Shown piece by piece: positions 18,253 through 27,671 of a stretch of 49,210 nucleotides of DNA; positions within the stretch are counted from its first letter, which is position 1; each line of letters opens with the position of its first letter. Below the pieces are notes generated by a model, which worked only from the letters and a program-made list of their open reading frames with translations, searched no databases and had not been told where the DNA came from. Where the stretch lies: the sequence record SRR20825019_597, one strand, 5' to 3'. A program made the translations under genes and the position numbers.

Positions 18253-19452
18253 TTACCAGTCACGCCAAGAACCACTCACAACAGCTGTTAAGCCTGGGAG
18301 TGGAGCACTGGCACCAGCTAAAAAATCTTTCCAGTAGATTAGGTTCAATGTGCCGTTACCATATACCGCAGAATCACCTGCAGGCACACCATCCCCCTCA
18401 ACAATAGAAGTACCCACCACATCTATCGTACCCCCCACCTTCATCTCTCCCTTAACGTATAAGAGTCCATGGATACTGGCATTACCGGTGAATTGAAGAT
18501 CACCATTAACGATGACAATAGCAGGATTGTCAATTGTCCCAATGTCGCCGCCAGAGAAGTTTTGATCTCCCTCTATCCATATCAGCCCATCCTTGCCATC
18601 AGCAAGAGACATGTCGTTGTAATTTTGGCCTATGTTAGAAGCTAAGTCTTCAATAGTGCCGGGGTCATCGGTATTAAAAAATGTTGAAAAGAAGTCAGCT
18701 GTAGTCGCAGTATCCAACGATGGATCGTCATCAATGATATCCAACCCGTTACCTAGGTTATTACTTGAGACAATCTGAGTGTTTATATCTGGATCAGCGT
18801 TTAGAAGTTCTGGAAGTGATAGATTGCCCGCAGCATTACTTTTTATGAATGTACTCATGGACGAGGAACTGCCAATAGTGACTTTGTCCCCCGACCATAT
18901 ATTAATATTGGTGTATCTGTTTACAATATTTGCAGTGCCTGTAAGGGCCACTTCTGATCTTGAAATTAATGGCATATCAGGCCCTTCATCAGCTAAAAGA
19001 CTAATAGGGCCTACGCACTGTGTAATCGTCCTTCTAGCCAGTCCATCATCACTATACCCTGTGGCAACCAGCATCCCTTTTGACAGAGTGGGGGTTTCCC
19101 CAGCATCCACACACACGGTTCCTGCACTCGTATCATATTCAATCTGTGAGCTTAGTGTTAGAGGTCCGTATGTCGTATTCACATCGATATTTGGTGGAGT
19201 GATAGAATCCACATTACCGTCTGCATTCTGATCAAAACCGTAACTATCAAAGTAACTAACGCCATAGTCCATGGCATAATTTGCTGCGGTCACAGCTTGA
19301 GTAGTTCTGTTGTGGTCCGCGGTTAGTTCAGTTTCTACTAGCACCGTTCTGGCCGTGAAGAGTGTCACAATAGTGATGGCAATCAACAGAATGGCAGCGA
19401 CAACAATCGTGGCAGCCCCTCGCTGTTTAAGTTTGAAAGATGGCTCTGTCAT
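18253..19452 (-). CDS. PilX-like minor pilin / pilus assembly protein
   Basis: QRG|AATIVVAAILL signal lacking Glu5 (PilX/GspK trait), PilX_N helix, glycine-rich beta-repeat C-terminus ending GSWRDW. Confidence 0.8.
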   Translation of the reverse strand: MTEPSFKLKQRGAATIVVAAILLIAITIVTLFTARTVLVETELTADHNRTTQAVTAANYAMDYGVSYFDSYGFDQNADGNVDSITPPNIDVNTTYGPLTLSSQIEYDTSAGTVCVDAGETPTLSKGMLVATGYSDDGLARRTITQCVGPISLLADEGPDMPLISRSEVALTGTANIVNRYTNINIWSGDKVTIGSSSSMSTFIKSNAAGNLSLPELLNADPDINTQIVSSNNLGNGLDIIDDDPSLDTATTADFFSTFFNTDDPGTIEDLASNIGQNYNDMSLADGKDGLIWIEGDQNFSGGDIGTIDNPAIVIVNGDLQFTGNASIHGLLYVKGEMKVGGTIDVVGTSIVEGDGVPAGDSAVYGNGTLNLIYWKDFLAGASAPLPGLTAVVSGSWRDW

Positions 19453-19466
19453 TCATCGCCTCCAAG

Positions 19467-20228
19467 CTATGGCAGCCTGTATAAGTTGTCATTCCTGATG
19501 ATGACTGTTGAGTTCACAGTTTTGGTCACATTGGCATCATCAACCAAACTCCCAGTAAGAACTATATTAACTTCTCTTCGCTCAATGATCCTGTCATTGC
19601 TGTTAGCCAGCGCATTACCTGCGGCAGCAACTTCACACGAGACTGTATTACTTTGATTTACGCGTGAAGCACCAGCGCCTGCTGCTACAATTTCATCATT
19701 CGTAATGTCAGCATTCAAGCAAGTAGATGTTGGTAAAAATTGCAATGAATTAATCGAAACAATGTCACTGTCTATCAACTCTCCTGCCCAGTTACCATCA
19801 TTACAATCTATATTTCCATTGCCTGCTGTGCCTGTAAGTCTCATTCGAATTGTTGAACCGTCAAGCTTAAAACCGTAATATTCATCTGTGTCAACGTTTT
19901 CATCAGCATCGAAATCATACGAATATAAAAAACAGTTGACAGATGGATTACCTAAGGGTGCAGAGCCAGCAACATTCTGATTGGTAAAGGGGTTCTCAAA
20001 AATGTCTGCCTCGGGGATAGCTCCACCCCAGTAGCCGGCTCTCCTAATGTCGTTGACCATCAAAGACATCACTGACTCCAGATCATGATTTAGCCTCGCG
20101 CTCTTAAGGGTTTCTGAGCTACCTCTCACCGTAGAGAGGTAGACCGTCAAAGTGACACCAACGATCAAAAGTCCAAGAACCATCGCAATCATTAGCTCTA
20201 TGAGGGTAAACCCCTTACTTACTTTCAT
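19467..20228 (-). CDS. PilW-like minor pilin
   Basis: SKG|FTLIELMIAMVLGL prepilin motif, DIRRAGY motif, C-terminal IRN. Confidence 0.85.
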   Translation of the reverse strand: MKVSKGFTLIELMIAMVLGLLIVGVTLTVYLSTVRGSSETLKSARLNHDLESVMSLMVNDIRRAGYWGGAIPEADIFENPFTNQNVAGSAPLGNPSVNCFLYSYDFDADENVDTDEYYGFKLDGSTIRMRLTGTAGNGNIDCNDGNWAGELIDSDIVSINSLQFLPTSTCLNADITNDEIVAAGAGASRVNQSNTVSCEVAAAGNALANSNDRIIERREVNIVLTGSLVDDANVTKTVNSTVIIRNDNLYRLP

Positions 20229-20250
20229 TTGAAGTCAGTCCCCCCATCAC

Positions 20251-20784
20251 CTATGGACAGTTAGTGTCACAACTTTCATAACCACCTACGGGTGCTGTGG
20301 TATCTGAACATATCAACACTCGGCCAGCATTATTATTAAGAACTTTCAATTTGAAATTATCAGTGGCTAGACACGCATTACTGCTGAACGCTGTTCCACG
20401 TCTGAAATCGAAAGTGGGATCAGCACCAGAAGAAGTCATGTCTGTTAGCGCAAACTCGCTGCCAATAACCCTCTTCATACCACAGTAATTAGCTTGATTT
20501 GGATCGCTCTGGTTACAGTCGCAAGGTGCTGTACTAAAGCCATAACACCAAGCACCATCATCACCCAAACTATAATCAAAAGTGACATTTTGACTTTGCT
20601 TGATAGCTTGTTTTCGAGCAAGTTGGAGGTCGGATTTGAGTGCTTCAGCAGATTGCCTGAGTTGGTTTCGCTCAATTGTCTTGTAGAAAGAGGGAATTGT
20701 TAACGCAGAGATAATCGCTATCAACGCAATAACGATCAGCGCCTCCATCAAGGTAAAACCTCTATTAATACTTATTTTCGGCAC
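20251..20784 (-). CDS. FimT/FimU (GspH-like) minor pilin
   Basis: NRG|FTLMEAL, DLQLARKQAIK, TFDFRRG and GRV.IC motifs. Confidence 0.88.
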   Translation of the reverse strand: MPKISINRGFTLMEALIVIALIAIISALTIPSFYKTIERNQLRQSAEALKSDLQLARKQAIKQSQNVTFDYSLGDDGAWCYGFSTAPCDCNQSDPNQANYCGMKRVIGSEFALTDMTSSGADPTFDFRRGTAFSSNACLATDNFKLKVLNNNAGRVLICSDTTAPVGGYESCDTNCP

Positions 20785-20960
20785 AACAGTTAACTCTTCC
20801 TTGTAACGAATTAAGTATAGACCTTAGGTAGGGTCTCTACATTCTTCATAACTCAATTCTGCGAGGTTTTTCACAAAATTACAATTAAGGATGAAATAAT
20901 GGATTTAAGGCTGTATCTTTTCTCTATACATTTGGGTGTTAGACTATTAGTGAGGGCAGC

Positions 20961-21386
20961 ATGACAATCCAATATAACAAAGGTTTTACGATCATTGAGC
21001 TGATGATCGTGGTGGTGGTTCTGGCAATTATCGCTGCAATTGCTATTCCGGCATACAGTGACTACGTTACCCGGGCTAGGAGAGCTGACGCGAAAATCGC
21101 ACTGATTAACTTTCAGATTCAACAAGAAAAGTATAGAGCTAACAATGTTTCCTATGGAAACGCTGCTGATTTAGGCTTACCAGCAGACTCTCCTGACGGT
21201 TTCTACGAAATTAATGTATCTGGGACAGTTTCCCCAACCAGCTATAGTCTCACTGCAGAGCCTCAACCGCCTCAAGTTGATGCTGAATGTGGTACGTTTG
21301 TTTTTACTGTAAGTGGTGCTGTCGAGACACGTTCGATTCAAGGCGGAAATGCTGCGAATCCGATAGAGACATGTTGGCAACGTTAG
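20961..21386 (+). CDS. pilE: Type IV minor pilin PilE/ComP-like
   Basis: KG|FTIIELMIVVVVLAIIAAIAIPAYSDYV.RARRADA, SPDGFYEI, D.ECGT and terminal CW. Confidence 0.88.
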   Translation: MTIQYNKGFTIIELMIVVVVLAIIAAIAIPAYSDYVTRARRADAKIALINFQIQQEKYRANNVSYGNAADLGLPADSPDGFYEINVSGTVSPTSYSLTAEPQPPQVDAECGTFVFTVSGAVETRSIQGGNAANPIETCWQR

Positions 21387-21877
21387 ACAGAAAATGCATT
21401 CGTTGCGATGAAGATTAATAGCAATGCATAGACTCCAGCGATGATATCATCGAGCATGACCCCCAGGCCGCCATGGACTTTTCTATCCGCCAGGCTGACT
21501 GGCCAGGGTTTGAGGATGTCAAAGAACCGGAATAGTACAAAGCCCAATAGCATCCATTCCCAACCAGGCGGTGCGAATGTCATCGCAACCAGATAGCCGA
21601 CAATCTCATCCCAGACGATGCCTGAGGGATCATCCTGTTTGAGCCAGTCAGCCGCTCTCTGACATAACCAGATCCCAGCAATCGACATCGTCACTACCAG
21701 AGCAAGATAAGCAGTCAAAGACCAGTGCTGTATCAGCCAGTAGATTGGCAACGCAACTAATGTACCGAAGGTGCCGGGGGCTTTGGGGGCCAGGCCGGCG
21801 CCGAATCCATAAGCGATAAAACAGGCAGGCCGTTTGATTAAGCTCGTGAAGTTCACCTCAGGTCCCGAAGTGGTCAT
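21383..21877 (-). CDS. pgpA: Phosphatidylglycerophosphatase A
   Basis: GFGAGLAPKAPGTFGT, IVWDEIVG, FRFFDILKPWP and GGLGVMLDD motifs; follows thiL. Confidence 0.96.
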   Translation of the reverse strand: MTTSGPEVNFTSLIKRPACFIAYGFGAGLAPKAPGTFGTLVALPIYWLIQHWSLTAYLALVVTMSIAGIWLCQRAADWLKQDDPSGIVWDEIVGYLVAMTFAPPGWEWMLLGFVLFRFFDILKPWPVSLADRKVHGGLGVMLDDIIAGVYALLLIFIATNAFSV

Positions 21878-22826
21878 AGCCTTTCCTTGCGTCAATATTC
21901 ATTTCTTTTCCGCTTTCATCCTGCAGGATCAGGCCTTCTTCTGCTGTGATCTCTCCAATGCACTGGATATCAAGGCCAAGCTGATTCAGCGCTTCGATAT
22001 TTTCTGCCGGTACCGTAAAGCAAATTTCATAATCATCACCAGAGCCTAATGCCAGAGGTAGTGCAAGATCAGAAGACAATTTTTTCAGACTCGCAGAAAG
22101 CGTTATTTTTGCTGGACTGATTCTGGCTCCTTTCTGACTTCGCTCAAGAATATGACTAAGATCAGCCAGAAGGCCGTCAGAAATATCAATCGCAGAACTC
22201 GCATATTCAAGGATATTTTGTGCCAGCTGGTAACGGGGTGTCGGGTATTCCAGTCGCTGTTGCAGGTATTGCCAGTCAGCGTCATCCAGGGTGTCAGGCG
22301 ACCAGTTTTCAAGCCGATTTTTTAACGCCGCGCCGGCATCGCCCAGCGTGCCACTAATATAGATACGGTCACCAACGTTAGCGCCATCACGACGTAAGGC
22401 TCGGCCTTTATCCACAAGACCATGAACCTGAATCGAGATAGTGAGGGGACCACGGGTCGTATCACCGCCCACCAGTTGGATATTCGCTGGCTTTGCAGCC
22501 AGTGCAAGGCCTTCGGTGAAAGATTTGAGCCAATCCGGATTGTGTTCTGGCAAGGTCAGAGCCAATGTAAACCAGGCGGGTTCAGCGCCCATCGCAGCGA
22601 GATCGCTCAGGTTCACTGCCAAAGACTTGTAACCCAATGCTTTGGGACTGACATCGGCAAAGAAGTGTACGCCCTCAACCAGGGTATCAATGGAAACGGC
22701 CATTTCTTTACCGGCCGGACACTGCAACAAAGCACAATCATCGCCGATACCCAGACTGACATCCTGTCGTTCCGGAGTCAGTTTGGAAAAATAATTTTCA
22801 ATCAGGGAAAATTCGGACAGAGACAA
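21858..22826 (-). CDS. thiL: Thiamine-phosphate kinase
   Basis: EFSLIENYF, GIGDDCA, NLSDLAAMG, GGDT, DISDGL and GDDYE motifs; probable TTG start at 22826. Confidence 0.96.
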   Translation of the reverse strand: MSLSEFSLIENYFSKLTPERQDVSLGIGDDCALLQCPAGKEMAVSIDTLVEGVHFFADVSPKALGYKSLAVNLSDLAAMGAEPAWFTLALTLPEHNPDWLKSFTEGLALAAKPANIQLVGGDTTRGPLTISIQVHGLVDKGRALRRDGANVGDRIYISGTLGDAGAALKNRLENWSPDTLDDADWQYLQQRLEYPTPRYQLAQNILEYASSAIDISDGLLADLSHILERSQKGARISPAKITLSASLKKLSSDLALPLALGSGDDYEICFTVPAENIEALNQLGLDIQCIGEITAEEGLILQDESGKEMNIDARKGYDHFGT

Positions 22827-22925
22827 ACCGGACTCTCTTTGAATGGAGACGGACACTGACAATCACGAGGAATTGCCAGTGCCGCTCAATGGTATTGATT
22901 TAGGCCAGTTCAGGTAAAACTGCAC

Positions 22926-23378
22926 TCAGCGTTTTGCCCGAGCTTCCTTGGCTGCCTGATATTCAGGAGTTCTCAGCCGGGCGCCCATTTTATCGAGCAC
23001 ACCATTCACATATTTATGCCCTTGCTCGCCACCGAAGGACTTAGCCAGTTCTACCGCCTCATTGAGTACGACACGATAAGGAATTTCGGGCAAATGCATG
23101 AATTCAAATGTCGCCAGTCTGAGGATTGAAATTTCCACCGGGTCAACGGCGTTCAGGTCCCGGTCCACCGCCTGTGACAATTCAGCATCAATCTGATCCT
23201 GATACCTGATTGCCCCTTCGATAAGCGTAGTGAAATATTTTTTATCGATTTTGTCAGCATATTCTGCTGTGACAAAATCTAGTGCATCCTTCTGTGGCGC
23301 TTCATTATTGACCTGCGCCTGGTACAGCGCCTGAACAGCGGCACGACGAGCTTTGCTGCGGGGTAATCCGGCTGCCAT
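22926..23378 (-). CDS. nusB: Transcription antitermination factor NusB
   Basis: RSKARRAAVQALYQ, PYRVVLNEAVELAK, HKYVNGVLD. Confidence 0.97.
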   Translation of the reverse strand: MAAGLPRSKARRAAVQALYQAQVNNEAPQKDALDFVTAEYADKIDKKYFTTLIEGAIRYQDQIDAELSQAVDRDLNAVDPVEISILRLATFEFMHLPEIPYRVVLNEAVELAKSFGGEQGHKYVNGVLDKMGARLRTPEYQAAKEARAKR

Positions 23379-23861
23379 TTAGTTGCCAGCCTCAATTTGA
23401 CGCAGCACGTTGACCATTTCAATGACGCCCATCGCCGCTTCAGCACCTTTGTTACCGGCTTTAGTTCCGGCACGTTCAATTGCCTGTTCAATCGTGTCGA
23501 CCGTCAGCACACCGAAGGAAACCGGCATATCGAGTTGCAAAGCCAATTGCCCCAGACCTTTGGAGCATTCACCGGCGACATATTCAAAGTGCGGCGTACC
23601 ACCACGAATCACTGCGCCTAAAGCAATAATCGCATCGTATTTTCCGGTCCGGCCCATTCGCTGAACGGCGAGGGGAATTTCTACCGCACCTGGAACCCGG
23701 GCCATTTCAATATCGCTCTCGCTAGCACCGTGTCGAACCAGGCAGTCGATAGCACCAGCAATCAGGTTATCGACTACGAAGTCATTAAAACGACCGGCGA
23801 CGATACCGACGCGGAGTCCCTTGGCTGAAAAATCACCCGAAAAAGTCGTGACATTGCTCAT
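23379..23861 (-). CDS. ribH: 6,7-dimethyl-8-ribityllumazine synthase
   Basis: [42 protein letters not shown]. Confidence 0.97.
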   Translation of the reverse strand: MSNVTTFSGDFSAKGLRVGIVAGRFNDFVVDNLIAGAIDCLVRHGASESDIEMARVPGAVEIPLAVQRMGRTGKYDAIIALGAVIRGGTPHFEYVAGECSKGLGQLALQLDMPVSFGVLTVDTIEQAIERAGTKAGNKGAEAAMGVIEMVNVLRQIEAGN

Positions 23862-23933
23862 TTCTAAAGATCCAACGCTATAAATTAAAAGGTATTGTAC
23901 TCATTTTGTTTATGCCCTGCCCGGCACATTGTC

Positions 23934-24806
23934 TCAGAACCAGCGGCGGCTTTTTGTGCTGGCCTTGTTACGGGCATGAGGCAACCCGTCGGGATCGGCT
24001 TTGACCGTAATCCATTCATAGGGTTGCTGATCAATCCTGACTGCTGTCAGTGTCTCGCCCCAGACAGCCCCGCTATCCAGAGAAAACACGTTACCATACT
24101 GGCCGGTACCGAGCGTAGACCAGTGACCGAAAACAATTCTGTCCTGCTCACTGGCTCTGCCAGGCATCTCGAACCAGGGCTTTTGATGTAAAGGCTTATT
24201 TTCCGGTGCCCCTTTAAACTTGAGGGCAAGCCGGCCATCCTCATGACAGTAACGCAAACGGGTAAAGCAATTAGTAATAAAGCGGAGCCGTTCCCAACCC
24301 TGTAAATCGGGGGACCACCGCTTAGGATTGTTTCCGTACATGTGCGCGAAAAACTCGCGCCAGTTATCGGCTTTCAGTACTGACTCCACCTCAGCGCTTC
24401 GCGCCTGTGCTTCGGTAATCGTCCATTCAGGCGGCAGACCGGCATGCACCATACTGAACTCAAGTTCGGCATCGTGATAAAACAATGGCTGCTGACGCAG
24501 CCATTGCATAATTTCATCACTGTCTGCGGCATTGAGGACGGGCTCAATCGTGTCCATATGATGCTGATATTCGACCACGCCGGCGGCGTTGGCCAGCAGA
24601 TGCAGGTCATGATTGCCCAGCACACTGATACAGCTGTGACCGAGACTTTTTACGAAGCGGAGCACTTCCAGCGACTTGGGACCACGATTGACCAGATCCC
24701 CGGCCAGCCAGACTTGATCCGATGCTGGATCAAATTGGATTTGATCCAGCATCTTATTCAACTCATCATAACAGCCCTGGACATCACCAATCGCGTAGAC
24801 AGCCAT
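23934..24806 (-). CDS. apaH: Symmetrical bis(5'-nucleosyl)-tetraphosphatase
   Basis: IGDVQGC, GDLVNRGP, LGNHDLH, VHAG and FGHWS metallophosphatase motifs. Confidence 0.95.
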   Translation of the reverse strand: MAVYAIGDVQGCYDELNKMLDQIQFDPASDQVWLAGDLVNRGPKSLEVLRFVKSLGHSCISVLGNHDLHLLANAAGVVEYQHHMDTIEPVLNAADSDEIMQWLRQQPLFYHDAELEFSMVHAGLPPEWTITEAQARSAEVESVLKADNWREFFAHMYGNNPKRWSPDLQGWERLRFITNCFTRLRYCHEDGRLALKFKGAPENKPLHQKPWFEMPGRASEQDRIVFGHWSTLGTGQYGNVFSLDSGAVWGETLTAVRIDQQPYEWITVKADPDGLPHARNKASTKSRRWF

Positions 24807-24818
24807 GAGAATATCGAT

Positions 24819-25298
24819 TTAGCGGCGGCGGTAAAGCGGCTCGGGGCGAAGCACCGTTGACTGATAACTTTCTGTGAAGTCATCAAATGCCGACAAAGCA
24901 TTGGCCAGACGATTCGGGTTGGCGAGTTCAAAGCTGTTAATGCCACACTGCGACATATAGAACAGCTGATCCTGCAACACATCCCCCTGAGCCCGGACTT
25001 CGCCCTTGAAGCCATAACGTTCACGCAGCAACTTAGCGTAGGAGTAGCAACGGCCATCGGTAAACACAGGAAACAGCAGGACAATCAGAGAGAATCGCGC
25101 CAGGTCCGGAACGATTTCTTCCAGTGGATCATCACCACTCAAGCGCAGACCCAGCCCACCTTCATGATGTTCCAGAGACTCGTGCTGTTCCTGCCAGCGT
25201 GACAGCGAGACGGTGATATTGCCTGCAACCAGCTCTGCTTCATCATCGAGATGCAGCCAGTTATCTTCGACAATTTCACGATCTTTAATTATCTGCAT
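24819..25298 (-). CDS. DUF934 protein (sulfite reductase partner)
   Basis: FPVFTDGRCYSYAKLLRER, GEVRAQGDVL.DQL and YQ...PLYRRR motifs; overlaps the cysI stop. Confidence 0.92.
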   Translation of the reverse strand: MQIIKDREIVEDNWLHLDDEAELVAGNITVSLSRWQEQHESLEHHEGGLGLRLSGDDPLEEIVPDLARFSLIVLLFPVFTDGRCYSYAKLLRERYGFKGEVRAQGDVLQDQLFYMSQCGINSFELANPNRLANALSAFDDFTESYQSTVLRPEPLYRRR

Positions 25299-26937
25299 AA
25301 ACACGCTCCTTGAAAGGATCCACACCAACGCGGCGAACGGTTGTCAGGAATGATTCATCTTCATGACGCAAGTCAACATAGGCATCAATCAGCTGAGAAA
25401 CCGTATCGACCACTTCCTCTTTAGGGATGGCCTTACCGAGTCGCTCACCGATAGCAGCATCCGCTTCTGAGCTACCGCCCAGCGTGAACTGGTACCACTC
25501 TTCACCTTTCTTATCGACACCGAGTATACCGATATGGCCGACACTCTGATGCGCGCAGCCGTTCATGCAGCCGGAGAATTTAATCTTGATATCGCCAAGA
25601 TCATAGAGATAATCCATATCATCGAAACGATCAGCGATTTGCTTGGATAAAGGAATCGAGGTCGCATTAGCGAGACCACAGTAATCCAGCCCCGGGCAAC
25701 AGATGATATCAGTCAGTGTGTTGATATTCGCTGTGGCCAGACCCTCGGCCTGCAGACGTTGCCATAACTCATACAAATCAGACTGCTTGACGTCAGCCAG
25801 CACCAGATTCTGGGTATGGGTGGAACGGATTTCACCGAAGCTGAATTGGTCAGCCAGATCGGCCACCACGTCCAGTTGCTCGGAAGTAATATCGCCGGGC
25901 GCCTGACCATGTTTTTTCAATGACACATAAACCGCTTTGTAACCGGGAATTTTGTGTTCAAAGGTATTCTGTTTAAGCCAGCGGGCAAACGCTTCATCTT
26001 CTGCCAGCTTCGCTTCAAAGCTGGTATCAGCTGCGGCATCGCTGTCGTAATCCGATTCGGTAAAGAAAGCTTTAACCCGATCAATTTCTTTCTGATCGAG
26101 GCGCAGTTGATCCCGGATTTGTACCCATTCCGCTTCCACCAGCTCGCGGATATGGTTGATGCCGTGCTCACGAACAGTAATCTTGATACGCGCTTTGAAC
26201 TTGTTGTCCCGACGACCCAGACGGTTATACACACGCAGGATCGCTTCCAGATAAGACAACAGATCTTCTTTTTCCAGGAAAGGTCGAATCTGTTCACCGA
26301 TGATCGGGGTACGGCCCAGTCCACCACCAACCAACACTTCAAAACCGACTTCGCCATCATGGTTTTTCACCATGTGTAAGCCGATGTCATGCAGTTTGGT
26401 CGCCGCGCGGTCGGTTTCAGAGCCTATGATGGCGATCTTGAACTTACGCGGCAGATAAGCAAACTCGGGGTGGAAAGTGGACCATTGACGGATGATCTCG
26501 GCCCATGGGCGCGGATCTTCAATTTCCTCAGCGTTAATACCTGCAAACTGATCGGTGGTCGTGTTACGGATATCGTTACCACTGGTCTGAATCGCATGCA
26601 TCTGCACGGTTGCCAGTTCGGCCAGGATATCAGGCACATCTTCCAGTTTCGGCCAGTTCAACTGGAAATTGGTTCGGGTAGTAAAGTGGACAAAACCCTT
26701 GTCATAACGACGGGCGATGTCTGCCACTTTGCGAACCTGTTTGGACGACATCAAGCCGTATGGCACCGCGATACGCAGCATTGGCGCATGGATCTGAATA
26801 TACAGGCCGTTCGCCAGTCGCAGTGGACGGAATTGATCTTCTGTCAGTTCACCTGCCAGGTAGCGGCGGGTTTGATCGCGGAATTGTGCCACCCGCTGAT
26901 CCACCATCATCTGATCATACTTATCGTATTGATACAT
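25285..26937 (-). CDS. cysI: Ferredoxin-type sulfite reductase hemoprotein (siroheme/4Fe-4S)
   Basis: MYQYD..DQ, MLRIAVPYG, LPRKFKIA; Cys ligands CPGLDYC and SGCMNGC; DUF934 downstream. Confidence 0.92.
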   Translation of the reverse strand: MYQYDKYDQMMVDQRVAQFRDQTRRYLAGELTEDQFRPLRLANGLYIQIHAPMLRIAVPYGLMSSKQVRKVADIARRYDKGFVHFTTRTNFQLNWPKLEDVPDILAELATVQMHAIQTSGNDIRNTTTDQFAGINAEEIEDPRPWAEIIRQWSTFHPEFAYLPRKFKIAIIGSETDRAATKLHDIGLHMVKNHDGEVGFEVLVGGGLGRTPIIGEQIRPFLEKEDLLSYLEAILRVYNRLGRRDNKFKARIKITVREHGINHIRELVEAEWVQIRDQLRLDQKEIDRVKAFFTESDYDSDAAADTSFEAKLAEDEAFARWLKQNTFEHKIPGYKAVYVSLKKHGQAPGDITSEQLDVVADLADQFSFGEIRSTHTQNLVLADVKQSDLYELWQRLQAEGLATANINTLTDIICCPGLDYCGLANATSIPLSKQIADRFDDMDYLYDLGDIKIKFSGCMNGCAHQSVGHIGILGVDKKGEEWYQFTLGGSSEADAAIGERLGKAIPKEEVVDTVSQLIDAYVDLRHEDESFLTTVRRVGVDPFKERVYADN

Positions 26938-27226
26938 CTAAGCTCTCTAAAACGCTAAATAACCGGACCCGCTATTATAAACGGGCAGGTATATAACGGG
27001 AAATTATAAATAACTATATTGATATTACTGATTTATCTAAATACCGCATGGCTGCAAGCTTTGAAACGATTTTGCCTGTTTCTTATAGAGAGTCCGTCAG
27101 TCATTGAAACTGGACGCTATGCGATTGTGATCACAAAATTTTCCCGTCTTTGCCAGGCCGCTACACTAAGCTATCCTGCAAGGGATTAGCTATCCCTTGC
27201 TATGCAGACTAAAGAGAAACTCAGGC

Positions 27227-27670
27227 ATGTTTAAGAACAAACGTCAGACCCAGCGCTTATGGTTGCTGGTCGCCTTTATCATCGTCATTTATGGCGCTAG
27301 CCAGTACCCGCAGCAAGAGGATGCTTCTCTATCGGCACCCCAAACCGAGATTGCTGATCTCTACCAGCAACAGCAGAGCGATGTTCAGATTGAAGCCACT
27401 GGTCGGGTCATACGCATTTTGCAAGATGATAACGATGGTAGCCGGCATCAGCGGTTTATCATGGAAATGGCCGATGGCCACACCTTACTGGTTGCCCACA
27501 ACATCGATCTGGCTCCCAGAATCAATAGACTGGAAGTCGGTGATGAGGTCACAATCTATGGCGAATATGAATGGAATAACAAAGGTGGCGTGATGCACTG
27601 GACCCATCATGATCCGGATAATGAGCATCCACATGGCTGGATTCGACACCAGAGGCAGCTTTACCAGTGA
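27227..27670 (+). CDS. DUF3465 OB-fold protein, membrane-anchored
   Basis: N-terminal TM segment; DDNDGSRHQRFI, VAHNIDLAPRI, GEYEWN and HWTHHDP motifs. Confidence 0.88.
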   Translation: MFKNKRQTQRLWLLVAFIIVIYGASQYPQQEDASLSAPQTEIADLYQQQQSDVQIEATGRVIRILQDDNDGSRHQRFIMEMADGHTLLVAHNIDLAPRINRLEVGDEVTIYGEYEWNNKGGVMHWTHHDPDNEHPHGWIRHQRQLYQ

Positions 27671-27671
27671 T

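Noticed and set aside
16431..21386. Pilin cassette as a prophage, integrative element or diversity-generating retroelement target
   Set aside because: No integrase, transposase, reverse transcriptase, att-like direct repeats or template/variable repeat pair seen
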